Translations under genes and position numbers: made by a program
From: Piromyces finnis finn
Taxonomy: Eukaryota; Fungi; Neocallimastigomycota
Direction of reading: 5' to 3'
DNA length: 64,000 bases
NCBI GenBank assembly: GCA_002104945.1
Contig: MCFH01000004.1
Coordinates: forward strand, 744,001-808,000
Part shown: positions 31,101 to 48,918 of the stretch, piece after piece
How the letters are laid out: each line of letters starts with the position of its first letter
Position numbering within the stretch: position 1 is the stretch's first letter
Notes under the pieces: model-generated
The model's database searches: none
What the model was told of the DNA's origin: nothing
Seen by the model: only the letters and a program-made list of their open reading frames with translations

Positions 31101-33365
31101 TATTTGAAGACTTTACTGAAATTCAAGATATTGCAATAATTCTTCGTCGTCTAGTTAAATTCCATAAAGGAAAATTTGTTTCCGATTGGCAGATTATACA
31201 AGATAATCTAAACACTACAGTTGCTGATTTTGAAGAATTGCTTCAATCTGAATTTGAAGAAAATTATACAGAGTTGGATTTAGAAAATCTTGCTAATATT
31301 TCTAAAGCCTATCAAGAATTAAATGGTGGTGCACCAATTACCCAAACCTATCTTTCCAAATGTCCAATTTTCTATGATCCAAAATTTAATATTGCTTCCC
31401 TTTCTATCTATAAAAATAATATGTCTGATCCTTCTCTTTCTTCCACTAATTTGAAAAGTGAAGGTATCACTCTGGAATCTGATGAAAAAATACCAGAACC
31501 AGTTTCTCCATTAGATGAAGGTAACGATTTAATTGTTCAATATACCTCCTTTATTAATCGTTTAATCTCTGCTATCCGTGAACAATACTATCAGATTAAG
31601 GCTATATTCACATATGAATCGGATGCTCTCTTCCTATTCTTACAAAAGGTCGTTGAAGAAATCATTTCTGATTATCTCAATACTACAGTAGAATATGCAC
31701 GTCGTTTAGACAGTTCTGTTTATGTTACACTTCTTTCAACTTTTATTCAAACCACCATGAATATTGTTGATGTTATTAGTAATTGGGATAAAGAATATGA
31801 ATTGGAGCATCCGCATCAAGGCTCAAAATTTTCTTATCAAGCTGTTGTTGGAGAATTCCAATCCATCATGGAACCATTTACCCAATTCTATGTCCAAGAT
31901 GAGGTTAAAATTCTCGAAAAGCAATACCAAGAAGAAATTGATAAATGGAAACAGGAAAGAGAAAACAGAAAAAAGACTAATACAGGTTTCTTAGATGGTG
32001 ATGTTGAATCTTATAAAAGAAATGTTATGAAAACATTCAAGAGTGTTCTTTTAGCCCCAGCCGTAATGACGAAAAATTTAATGGGAAAGAATAAAAATAA
32101 AGAAAATAAGGAAAAGCAAGTTCATTTAGATGATAATACTATGACAGATTCCCTTTCATTAGAATTATCATTAAATTTAATTCATATGAATAAGGAAGCT
32201 TTAAAACGTTGTCAATTAATTATGGAAATTATGAATGAAGATGTGTAAGTAGTTTTACCTTTTTTTTTTTTTTTTCATGTTTTAATATAATTTAAATAAA
32301 AACTAATTTTTATTTTTATTTTTTTTTTAAACAACAAAATAGTGGTAAATGTTCCCAAAAATTATTTATTGTTTTATTAAAATATCTTGATAAAGAACAT
32401 ATCGCACCATCCTTTCAGCTGTAAGTTTTATTAAAAAAAAAATAAATAAATAAAATAAATGACTCCCCATTGTGACTAATAAAAATACCTGTTTTTTTTT
32501 TTTTTTTTTTACTATAGAGCAACAAAACAACTTGCCACAAATGATAATCATGGAACTCAAAATATCATTAATTCATTAGTTACATTCTTTGAGTTAATTC
32601 ATATTGCAGATTTAATTCAACAAATGGTTCATGTTTATTATATGGAGGATATTGTAAGTAGTTAATTATATCAATACAAATTTTGGCATTAAAATATTAT
32701 AATTATATTTATTCTAAATATATATATATATTAAAAATTTTATATTATAGTCTTCTTATGTTGATGAAAATGATTTCATGTCTGATATAATTGTTGAAAA
32801 AAAGCAATTTGAAAGACATTTAGATGATTTAGTTGCTCAAGGTATGGATAAATCTATTCAAGTGTTGGTAGATAACATTGAATATACTTTAATTAATGAA
32901 TTACCATTGGATGCCTATAATATTCAATCTAATCATCAAGTGATGGATCTTAAACCAACAAAGGTAAATAAAATATAATATAATAAATAAAAAATAAACT
33001 TATAAATAATATAAAAATTTAACATTAATTATCATTATAGGCCTGTTTTAAGGTTGTTGAGTTTTTAAGCTATCACTCAAAGATGATTACAGGCGTTACT
33101 GATAAAAATACAATTAATGTTTTATATGAAGAAATTAGTATACGTTTGTTCAAGTAAGCTTTTATTTACACTTTATTATTACTTTTTTAATATTGATAAG
33201 TGTTAACACCTCGTTTTCATATTTTACTTTACATTAAATAGTATCTTTGTAAAAAACTTAAAAAGAATGCAAATTAATCTTTTAGGTGCTGGTCAACTTA
33301 TATGGTTAGTAAATATATATAATAATAGCATAATAATAGATAGCATTATTAATAGATTGACCATA

Positions 33366-33407
<42 letters not shown>

Positions 33408-33716
33408 TTGGGACTTTTCTTTTATGATATTTATGTTGATATAATTCTTTTATTTATTTTTAGTGATTTAAATAAATATTGTGAATGGGCAAGTACTTTA
33501 CGTAATCCAGCAACTTCAAAAATATTTTCAGTATTGAAAGAAGTTGGTAATCTTTTTATTGTTGATACTGCACAAGATTTAAAAAGAATTGTATTAGATA
33601 CTGATAGATATGGTGGTTATTTAAGAAGAGATGATATAGATGATCTTTTAAAATGTCGTACAGATTATAAAGATATTCAATATGTCATTGAAACTAAGGA
33701 TTGTATTATTCAATAA
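28148..33716 (+). CDS. RCY1: Recyclin-1 F-box/Sec10-like protein with a long acidic N-terminal extension and C-terminal CAAX
   Basis: Exon 1 (28148-28712), a mini-exon (29034-29093) and the large exon from 29202 join in phase 1. F-box LNLPPDIILHILSFV..LPTVAQLCRRF is followed by Sec10-like helical repeats. The protein ends DCIIQ*, a CAAX box as in yeast Rcy1. Confidence 0.88.
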
Positions 33717-34020
33717 ACTCAATTCTTTTTCTTTTTTTTTTTTTTTTAATGCATTACCTCTAATTCACACATCCCTTATCTCCTCAAATCTATTAAATAT
33801 ATATACAAAATTATTCTTTTTCATGATAAATAAGCAATATCCTTTATATACTATATATAAACTTGAAAGAAAAAAAAAAAAAGGAATTAGAATTGTGAAA
33901 AATAAATTTCAATAATTCGACAGTAAAATTAATTACTAAAAATTAAATATTAATATTTCAATAATTTAATATCAAATATATTCATATTATTTATAGATAA
34001 AAATGAAAATGAAAATGAAA

Positions 34021-34063
<43 letters not shown>

Positions 34064-37000
34064 CAATCATCTTTATAAAATCTTTAAAAAATATCTTTAA
34101 CAATACATATATAGTAATAGAAAAAGTAGATGTTTAACGAAAATATTTTATATATATATAATATTATTTATAAATTTAAATAATCAAACATTTTAATAAT
34201 GCAATTAATGTAATAATAGTATATATATATATATATAATAGATGAATCATTGAAATAAATATTTTTGATTATTTGTATTTTTTATTTTTTATTTTATTAA
34301 TTTATTAGTTTATTATCTTTCTCTTTTTCTTTATTAATTTATCTTAAAAATAGTTTTAAAAATTGTTAAACCATCAACTAAACATTCTAATTTATATTAA
34401 AAAATAAATAATCTCACTTATAATATATGATATATGATATATTTCCATTTTTTAAACCTATCTAATGACATTCACTTGATATTATCATGTGTTCAATATT
34501 CTGATTTTTATTTTTTTTTTTTAATATTAAATTATGCAAATTTGAATGATTAACAGAATATTGGCAGTTATACTTATCATATATTTATAAGGTATATTCC
34601 TTTACTATAGGTTTAAATAAACAATAACAATTAATATAAAAATAATGTGATATACTTAAAAATTTACAATAAAAGCAATTGAATACTTTAAAAAAATTGA
34701 ATTTGATACTAATATTAATAATATACGAATGAATATGATGAAAAATAAAAGGATTTTAAAAAATCATATAAAAGCTACCCTAATACTTAGAATTCATTAT
34801 TACTATAAAGTAGATTATAATAAAATTTCTATGATAGTTTAAAGAATAAAGCTATTGATGTAGTTATGAATAATTTAGTAGAGATCTTACTACCATTATT
34901 TAACCCTCCAAAAAAACATGCAAATCTACTTTCTTATCACTGGTTAAAATACTGATGAAAAGTAGTTTTATCCATTTTTGTTATAAACTTCTAACCTTTT
35001 AATAGAAATTTTAAATTTAAAAAAAAAAAGTTTAAAATAATTTTAATTAAATAATTCAAACTTTAATAAATATATTTTTTCATAGAGTTCAAAAACATTT
35101 TATTAATTATTAAACTTTTAAATATATAAAATGTATATTTTATTTATTTTATTTATACATAACATATTTAATATATATAATAAATATATTAAATAAATAT
35201 ACAATTTTATGTATTATTATTTAATTTAAATAATCCAATCAATTTAAATAATTTAATAAATTTATTTTTGATTTTAATATATGATAAATAAATTAAAATA
35301 ATGAAAAAGGAAGGTTCATTTTTAATAAATAAAAAATAAATATAATAAATATATTTTACTTATATATATTAATATATTAAATCTTTAATATTTTCATTTA
35401 AATACTAATTAATGAGTATATATTTCTTATATTAATATTATATTTTAATTCATATTGTATTTCATAAATAAAAACCAAAAGAAATTTATATATATTGAAA
35501 TATATAGATAAATACTATTATTAATATAAAAATAAATTGTTTTAGAATATAGTTAATGAAGTTCTATTAATATAAAATTTAATCAATCTATTTTATTAAT
35601 TTATTTATAATAGAATATATACACTTTATAAAAATATAAGCATAGAAAAAAATAATAATCATTTATTATTTATTATGGCAATTTTTTACGGCATATTTAC
35701 AAGGTCTTTTTATGGTTATATTTCTTTTTTTTTTTGTAATATTTAATAATAAAAAAATTTATGGCTTTTATAACAAAGTAAAAAAAAACTATGATTTTCT
35801 CAAACAAAAAATACGAAAAACTCCAGAATTAGAACAATTTAATAAAAACAATAGTCCCTTTATTAATTTATTTATTGTGGCTTTATAATAATAAATATTA
35901 TATACATACAGACAATTTATTATATTTTAAATTCTTATTTTGTGGTATTATCTATATTAAAAAAATCACTAATTAATTGGTTAGAATTAATGTAGTACGA
36001 TATAGAATGTAAAATTTAAATTGTAAATTTAAACATTATTATTAAATATTTATATTGTATTTAGTCAATATACCAAAAAAGAAATTTATATTAAAATTTT
36101 ATTATTTGAGGGAAAAATTTTTTTTTCTTTAAAAAAAAATAAAATAAAATAAAAATTAATATTAAAAAAAGAAAATAAATATTAATAATTAATAAAAGCT
36201 TTATTATTTAGATTTCTTTTTTCTTTTCTTTTTTTTTTTTTTTTTTTATAAAAATATTTTTTCTTTTTTTCTCTTATAGATTAGAAATTGATTTTTAAAT
36301 TTTTTTATAATTGATTCTTATCTAAAATAAAAAGAAAGGAAAAGAGGAAAAAAAAAAAAGATATTTAAGTAATATAAAATTTAATCGATTCTTTATGCAT
36401 AAAATTTGTATTTATCGAGAAAAAAAATAAATATGTTTTATTATTATTATTATTAATGAATTCAATCAATAAAATAAATAAAAAACAAAATAAAATAAAT
36501 AAAACAACAATAAATAAAAAAAAAAAAAAAAAAAAAAATCATTAGAAATAGTTTAAAAGAAAGAATTTACTTATAATAATGAAAATAACTTCTTAATTTT
36601 ATTTAGAGTAATTAGAATAATACAATAACGTGATATAATAATTCAATATTTCATAAACAAAACAAAACAATAATAAGAAGTTAAAATTTTATTATTAATA
36701 GATAAATAAAAATTAAAAAAAGAAAAGTCAAAAAATAAAAATAAATTAAACAGTAATAATAGTGATTTAAAACAAATATTATCATAGAATCACAATAATT
36801 GTAAATATTAATTTTTTCTAATATATTTAAAATAAGCGTTTTTTTTTTTAAATAGGCAAAATAAACATACAATACCAATAATTTTAGAATACCAACTTTT
36901 TTTTACGACAAATCAAATCGTAATTCTTTATAACGCCAATATAATATTGCAATTATTCCTTAATATTTAAGTTTTAAAATATAAAGCAATTTGTGTTAAT

Positions 37001-37250
37001 AAAACATTTATTATAAACGAAGAAACAAAATATCAAGCGTTATTCATTATAATAATATTTTAGTTAACAAAAATAAACAATATTATTTTTAAATTATTTA
37101 CAAAAAATTTTAGTATATTTTTTATTTTGAATTATAGAAAGAAAAGATTTTTATTATTAAATAATCTTTTATTATTGAAAACAATCACAAAAAGTAAATA
37201 AAAATAAATAATAAACAAAATACTTTCATTCTAAAAGATAATAATACAAA

Positions 37251-39873
37251 ATGACTGAAGAAGATGATATGCTTGCTCAAGTATCTGAGATACTGGACAG
37301 TCTTTGTGAGTACAATTACATTTATTAAATTAAAATAAATATAAAATATAAATAATTAATATTTATAAATATATAATTCTATATAGTATTAAATGTAAAT
37401 AACGATGATGGTTTAAATAGTGAAGATACAGATACTTTAAAATGCTATTTAAACAAAAGAAATAATGATCTTAATTTAGCTATTCGTGAGTATATAAATA
37501 ATATAATTTAAAATAAAGTAGAAAATATAATATTAATATATTTCATGTATTTATAAATCAGAAATTTCACAAGCTTTATTAGTAAAGCATGAAAATGATC
37601 AAGAAAATATTGCTGAAACAGAAGAAAAATATAATAACTTGTTAACTCAAGAAACAGAATATAAAGAAATAATCGATAAAACAGTTTTTATGCTTGAAGA
37701 AGAAAAATCTGAAAAAGATAGAATTTCACTTGAAAGAAGTGAATTAAAAAATGTAAGTTATAATTATATAGTAAATAATTGTATAATAACCGATTACTAA
37801 TAAAAATATATAATAAAAAAGAAAAATAATAGCTTAAAAGCTGAATTAGAAGATACTAAATTAAAATTGGATGAACTTAGCAATAAGTTAAATAACTTAG
37901 AAATGTTAGAATTGGAATTAAAAAACACTAAATCTATAATAGAATTAAAAGATAAAGAAAACAGTTTAATGTCTAAAGATGTAAGTATTGATATAATTAT
38001 TTATACATAGTATTTTAAACCTACGTGTTAATATAAATGTATATAATAAATAGTTTGAAAATTTAATTAGTCAATTTTCAGTATTAAAGCATCATGAAGA
38101 TAGCTTAAATTTAGAACTTAATAGAATAAACCAAGAATATAGTAAGTTTTTATCTATAAAATTATAATACAATGACATTGGTGAATAATAATATTAATTT
38201 TTTTTATTATCATTAAAAAGAAATATTTAAGATTGAAAGTATTCAAAAGGTAAAAATGCTTGAAAAAAGCAGAAAAGAGTATGTAGAAAAAATAAAAATG
38301 AAGGATGAAGAATTAAAACAAAAAATTGTAAGTGTTGATTTATAAATTAAAATTAATAAAACCAAAAAAAAAATTATTTCATAGACTAATTAATAATTAT
38401 TTAATAACTAACAAAAAAAATATATAGAAAGAAATTAATGAGATCAAAAACAATGTTGAAGAATATCAAACAAAACAATTTAATGATTCATTGCAAAAAT
38501 TAACAAATGAAAATGAATCATTACAAAATATAATAGATGAAAAAGAAAAATTGTTATCTGAAAATCGTATGAGTATTTTAAATTTGAATTCCCAAATAAA
38601 CAAAAAGGAAAATGAATTATCTGAAAAAGATATAGAAATTAATAATCTTAATAATAAAATCAATGATAAAATAAAAATAATATCTGAAAGCAATATAGAA
38701 ATTTCAAATTTAAAATTAAAAGCAAACGATACAGAAAATAAAATAGAGAGTTTAACCGAAATATTAAATGCTAAAGATAAAATAATATCAGAAAATAAAG
38801 ATGTAATGATGAAGTTAAACGAAATTATCAATGGTAAAGACAATGAACTTAAAGATAAACAAGAAAAAATGAAGATTTTAGAAAATCAAGTCAATGAAAA
38901 AGATATTATTATCAATGAAAATAAAAAGAGATTTATCGAATTGGAATCAAATTCACTACAATTAAATATGAATGTTGAAAATAGAGAAAAAGAAAATATA
39001 AATAATGATGATAATGATTTTTCTGAGCTTCAATTGGAAAATGATAGATTGATGAATGAAATAGAAAAAATAAAATCTGAATATACAAAAATTCAGCAAT
39101 TAAACGAAAACTTAGAATTAGAAAAAAAGGAAAAAGAAAATGAACATGATAAAATAAAAAATGAAATGGAAGAATTAAAAAAGGTACAAGAAGAAAACAA
39201 TAAATTAAAAGAAGAAAGAGATGAATACAAAAATAATTGTAAAAAATTACAAGAAGAGTGTGATGCTTTAATTAAAGATCTCAAAGCAAAGGATAGTTCA
39301 GGTAAAGATAAAAAAATTGAAATTCTTATGAAGGAAAACAGTGATTTAAAAAACAAATTAGAATTTGCTGAAGATCAAATAATAAGATTAACACATGATA
39401 ACAAGGAAACAGAAGTTTTAGTTATTAAAGCTAATGACGAAATTTCAAGATTGAACAGAATTATTAACAATAACCAAGAAATAAAATTCTATGATAGTGG
39501 TTTAGAATCTCTTGATTCTGAAAAAACCGAAAGTATTAATAATGATAGTATAATTGAATCACCAATAATAAAAACTAAGACAATGGTTAATGTTGGTATT
39601 CAATGCAACATTGGTAAGAAACAAACTTTACACAAGAGCAGCAGTAGATTAATAGAAGATAAATATGCTGGTTCTGATAAATGGTCTAAACTTGCCACTC
39701 CAAAACATAAACCACACACTATATTAAGTTCATATCAACATTCTCTTAGTAGACAACGCTCTATGTCACCTATACCCTGTCCATCACCTACACCTTCCAA
39801 TGCTTCCTCTTGTTCTTCACTAAATGAAAGACCACCATGGAGATTATGGAGTTTATATACAAAGAAGAATTAA
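37251..39873 (+). CDS. Long coiled-coil protein with an N-terminal HAP1/BICD-like CC1-box-like segment
   Basis: Seven GT-AG-joined exons starting MTEEDDMLAQVSEILDSL. Spliced YLNKRNNDLNLAIQISQALL, then a long E/K/N heptad-rich region and an S/P-rich tail ending ERPPWRLW. Confidence 0.8.
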
Positions 39874-40629
39874 TAATAATCCCATAACTACATTTAATAT
39901 TATAATATAGAATTTTTTTTATTTAATTATTATTATTTTTATAGTAATAAAAAAATAAAAAATTAACCAAATGGCATTTTATATATATATAAGCAGTTTT
40001 ATAAAGTAATATATATATTATTTTGTAATTGCTTAGTTTATTATTTGATTATATAAATAATTTCATTTAAACATTAATATTATAAAATAGTCATTATTTA
40101 ATCATACATTATAATCATTTTCTCATAATTAATAATATAATTATTATATTCAAAATCATTTTCCATTTAACATAATTAATATATAATCTTTATAGTTTAT
40201 TGTTTAACTATAATAACTATTCGTTAAACTAAATTTTAAATGATAATAATGAAAAAAAAAAAACAAAAAAAAAAAAAAAAAAGAAACTATGAGCTAAATA
40301 TATAGTATATACATATAGTATATAGAATAATATGTATAAAAAAAAAAAATTCTTTATCTTTTTTTAACCAATATTTAATAAAAATACTAATTTTTATATA
40401 AATAATTTAAACTAATCAATAAATAAAATTTAAAATTCTTTAAAAAAGAATGATATTAATAATAATAAAATAATAATAATAAAATTAACAAAAAATTAAA
40501 GAAAAGAAAAAGAAAAAAAGAACGATCTAAAATTTATTAATTATTAACTTCGTAGAGCTTTATTGTTTTGTTTTGTTTTTTTTTAAATTAAAAAATACAA
40601 AAACTAGTTTAAATATGTATTAATTCTTA

Positions 40630-44806
<4,177 letters not shown>

Positions 44807-46708
44807 CTTTATTCATTTTTTATTAATAATAAAATAAAAATAGGCATATACATAATACATTAAATATTGTTATCTATAAGATAATTAAAATTTTTATATA
44901 AACCTAATATTATATTCTTATTTACCTTATTTTTTTCACTATGTTTGTTTGTATATTTTGTATTTTATATTTATAATATAAGTCATGTAATTAATATTAT
45001 TTTTAACTCTGCTGTTTACAATTAATAATTAAACTTACTAGAAATTTGTCAGTAACAATACTATTTCTCGTACTTTTTTTTTCTTACAAATATATGAAAA
45101 TTTAATTATGAGTTAAATATTATTACAATACATTTAAAAGTTTACATTGTATTATATTATACTATATATATTACATCATTATCATTAATATCGTTTATAA
45201 TTTCATTAATAGCATTATTAATGGTATTCATCTTTTCTTTATTTATGTGCTGCCTTTAAAAAATTTCATTTTAATTGTACCACAAAAAAAAAAAAAGTGC
45301 TGAAATATTTATCTAAATATATGTTGATATAATAAATTTTGTCATAAAAAAAATGAATAACTATTTTTAAAAATATTTAAAGTATTAATATAAGATATAA
45401 TGGTATAATGAATTAATGTGTTTCTTTTTTATTTTTTTTTATTTTTTTTTTTTTTGCTTTCAAAAGAACAAAAACTCTTAATAAGCAATAATAGTAAAAT
45501 ATTTATTAATTTTTTAATAAAAAAAAATTTAATTTTTTTAAAAAATTAAATTAAATTTTAAAAAATTTGTGGATAAAATTTTTTTAATTTATTTTTTTAG
45601 CATAAAGTTTTAATTATAATAAAACTTTTCTCTTCATAAAGATAAATTTGTAATTGTTGTTGCTCTAGATAGGCAAAATATGCATCTTATATAATAATTT
45701 TTAATATGTACATAATATAGGAAACTATAAAAATACTGGAATAGAAAATATTTTAGAAAACTTTTTATTTGAATATACAAAACTATATTAATTTATTATA
45801 TAATATAAATTAACTTTTTGGAGTAACTAGAATATAATTTTATTATTTTTAAAAAGATTATAATTATATAAAGAGCTTTTAATTATTAATATGTTATTTT
45901 TTCTTATTTATCAATTCATCTTTATATTATTAAAAAATAATAAAAAACAAAAGAGTTTTTATTATATATTTTTCTTTTTCTTTTATACAACATATTAAGA
46001 AAAATTATAATCTGTTAAGATCAATAATATATTATACAATTCTTCATAAAAATAAAAATAAAAATATATAAACTAAAAATATAAATAATTTTTTATTATT
46101 TTTTAAAGAAATTATTTATATTTTATAAATAACTAATAATTATTATATATTAATTTTAAATAAATATTACAAAAATTTTATATTACAAAATATACAACTT
46201 TTGTATAATAATAAAAGGAATAGTAATGATATTATATACTTTAAAAAATTATAATTGCATAATAAAAGGTTTTAAAGTAGAAAATGTTAATAAAAAAAAT
46301 AAGATTTATATTTTATAATATATTAAAATATTCTTTTTTTTTTCTTCCTTTTTTTCCTTATATTATATAATGTTTTAATGATAAACTTCAATGTATGAAT
46401 AAGTTTAATTTATATATTCTTTTTTAATTGATATTATATATGTTGGAGATAACTTTTGTTTTTAATTGTGAATTCATTATTATTTTTTTTCATTCTAGCA
46501 TGAATATTTATTTTGACTTTTTTTATTTAAATTGTGAATTTATATGCATATATGTTATATTTTATTGTTAATTTGTTTATTTATTTATTTTTTTGTTTGC
46601 TTGCTTGCTTGCTTATTTTTTACTTATATTTATATAATATTTAACACTATTATTATATATAATATATATAAGACTTTTTCATTTTTTAAATAAATGATTC
46701 TTATTTAT

Positions 46709-48918
46709 TTAATTATCTTCTGTTGTAATAGATGGAATATTAGAAGAATAAACTTGTGGTGGTGGAATAATTGGTTCACTTGTCAAGTTAGTTAAAGAAG
46801 AAAAAATAGATAATTCTGGTTCAGTTTTATTATCAGCATTACCTTCATTAAGAGTGAAATCAGAGCCGTTATTAATTAAATTATTAATCTTAGCATTATT
46901 AATAGTATTACTATTAATAGTAGAAGAACTTTCTTCATTAGATTGGAGAGAAACTTCAATATCTTTATCATTTAACGAATTTGACATTTTATTAAAATTA
47001 TCCTTCTTAAATGGTAAATTCATAGAAGAAGAAGATAATTTTGAAATTAATCCAAAGGAATCGTTTTTACCCAATGTATCTAAGAGTGACGAAGAATTTT
47101 CGTTACTAAATAAATTAAAGGTAAAATTGTTCTTTAAAATAGAATTTGTTCCAGCATTATTAACAAAATCATTAGTATTAGAGAACTCTAAATCTTCTTT
47201 TGATTTTTCGGTTATTTTTTGATTATCCTTTGAAATATTATCAAAGACTTCATCATCTTTACTGCTTGGGATAGTTGATTTATCCATAGCCATATTGAGA
47301 CTTAAATTATAAAATTTACTATTAAGATCATTTGTGGAATCTATAACTGGCTTTCCGTTAATATTATCTAAACTACTGTTATTGTTATTATTATTATTCA
47401 AATCCATAAATCCTGAGGTTTTATTAATTGGGGAAAAGAATAATGGAGTAGTAGAAGAAGTAGATAATGGGCTTACTTTTTTTAAATCATCTATTGGAGA
47501 TCCATCTATGGTATTTTCATTTAATGATGCTCTATTCTTTAAAAGATCATTATTTCCTCCTAAGTAGTTTATTGGCAAATTGAAATTGTTGTTATAAAGG
47601 TCATTAGAAAATGGGGACTCTACCGAACTCAAATTGCCAGAATTTTGACTAAATTTATTAGTAACAGCGGTAGTCTGACCAACAGCTGGTGCACCTGTAG
47701 AATGATTATTATTACCAGAAAAATCATTATCTAATAAGGAAGAAGGTTGTCTATATACACCATTCATAAAGCTATTTGCATTGGCTGAAAATGAATTTGA
47801 TTGTTGCATAGGTTTTTGAAGAGAATTGTTAAATGAAAATAAGTTATTTTGCATTGTTTGCTGTTTTAATCCCTTTGGAGCATTTGAATTGTCTGCTAAG
47901 AAATTAAAAAGATTATTATTAAATAATAGGGAATTATTATTGGTTGGGATACTTGTTCCATTGGTAGTTCCTGGAATATTTTTGTATAATTTTTCAAAAC
48001 TTGGCTTTGAAGAATTCAAAGAATTAGAATGGTTCATATCCAAATTTTGATAGTTTGGTAATTTATACATATTTCTGTTGGTATTAAATAAAGATGAGTT
48101 TTGATCTATAAATGGTTGAGTTGTTGCAGAATTCAAGAGATTCATATTACCATTTCTTTCTCTGGCACCTGGTAACATAGCTTTTTTAAAAATATAATAA
48201 AGTATAAAACAATTAATTTTTTATGTATTTTAAAAAAGTATATCATAATAAAAGTAAAATAATAACACATACGTCCGTTATTAGTTAATGGGCCAATACC
48301 AGTACTAGTTGGTAAATTCATTCCTCTATTCATATTATTTATTTGATATACATTGCTATCATCCTTTATTAATTGATTACAGAGATTATTGACCATGTTA
48401 TTATTATTATTGAAATTCATACAATTATTAACATTGTCAGGCATCATACTATGATACTGCATACATGTATTTTTCATTGAGGAAGCAGGATAATACATGT
48501 TCATCATCGTTTTTTTAGTATGAAGATTCTTTTTAGCCATTTCAGCTTTTAAAACGCTTCCTTTTTCGAAATCTATTTGTCTTCCTGTTAAAACTTCCAT
48601 AGCATTCAATGCATCCATTTTAGTGTGAAATTTTGCAAACCCAATCTAAATATTTATATTTTAAAAAGTAATTAATTATAAATTTCCTATATGTTAGTTT
48701 AAGAAATTGATAATATATTATACTTCATCAATTAAATTATTATATATATTGAAGAACAAATGAATATTTACAATTTGTTTTCTTCCATCTTTGTTTGGAG
48801 TTGGAATTTTTAATGTCGCAGCTTCAAAACCAGGATTGAAAATAAACATATTTTGGAATTCCCTTTCATTCATGTCATCTGGGAAACCTACAACAAAAAT
48901 AGTTGTAATTTCTTCCAT
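46709..48918 (-). CDS. RRM RNA-binding protein of the Whi3/Whi4/Scw1-RBPMS type with a long Asn/Ser-rich tail (3 exons)
   Basis: ITTIFVVGFPDDMNEREFQNMFIF.PGFEAATLK...IGFAKFHTKMDALNAME.L.G...D.EKGSVLKAEMAKKNLH matches the RBPMS/couch potato/Whi3 RRM signature. Confidence 0.85.

Noticed and set aside
34023-34062. A40 run as a retroposon tail
   Set aside because: No adjacent element body or target-site duplication, and homopolymers are ubiquitous here.
34827-34955. Short coding-looking stretch FYDSLKNKAIDVVMNN...
   Set aside because: No start, splice context or recognisable motif. It could be a relic but cannot be supported.
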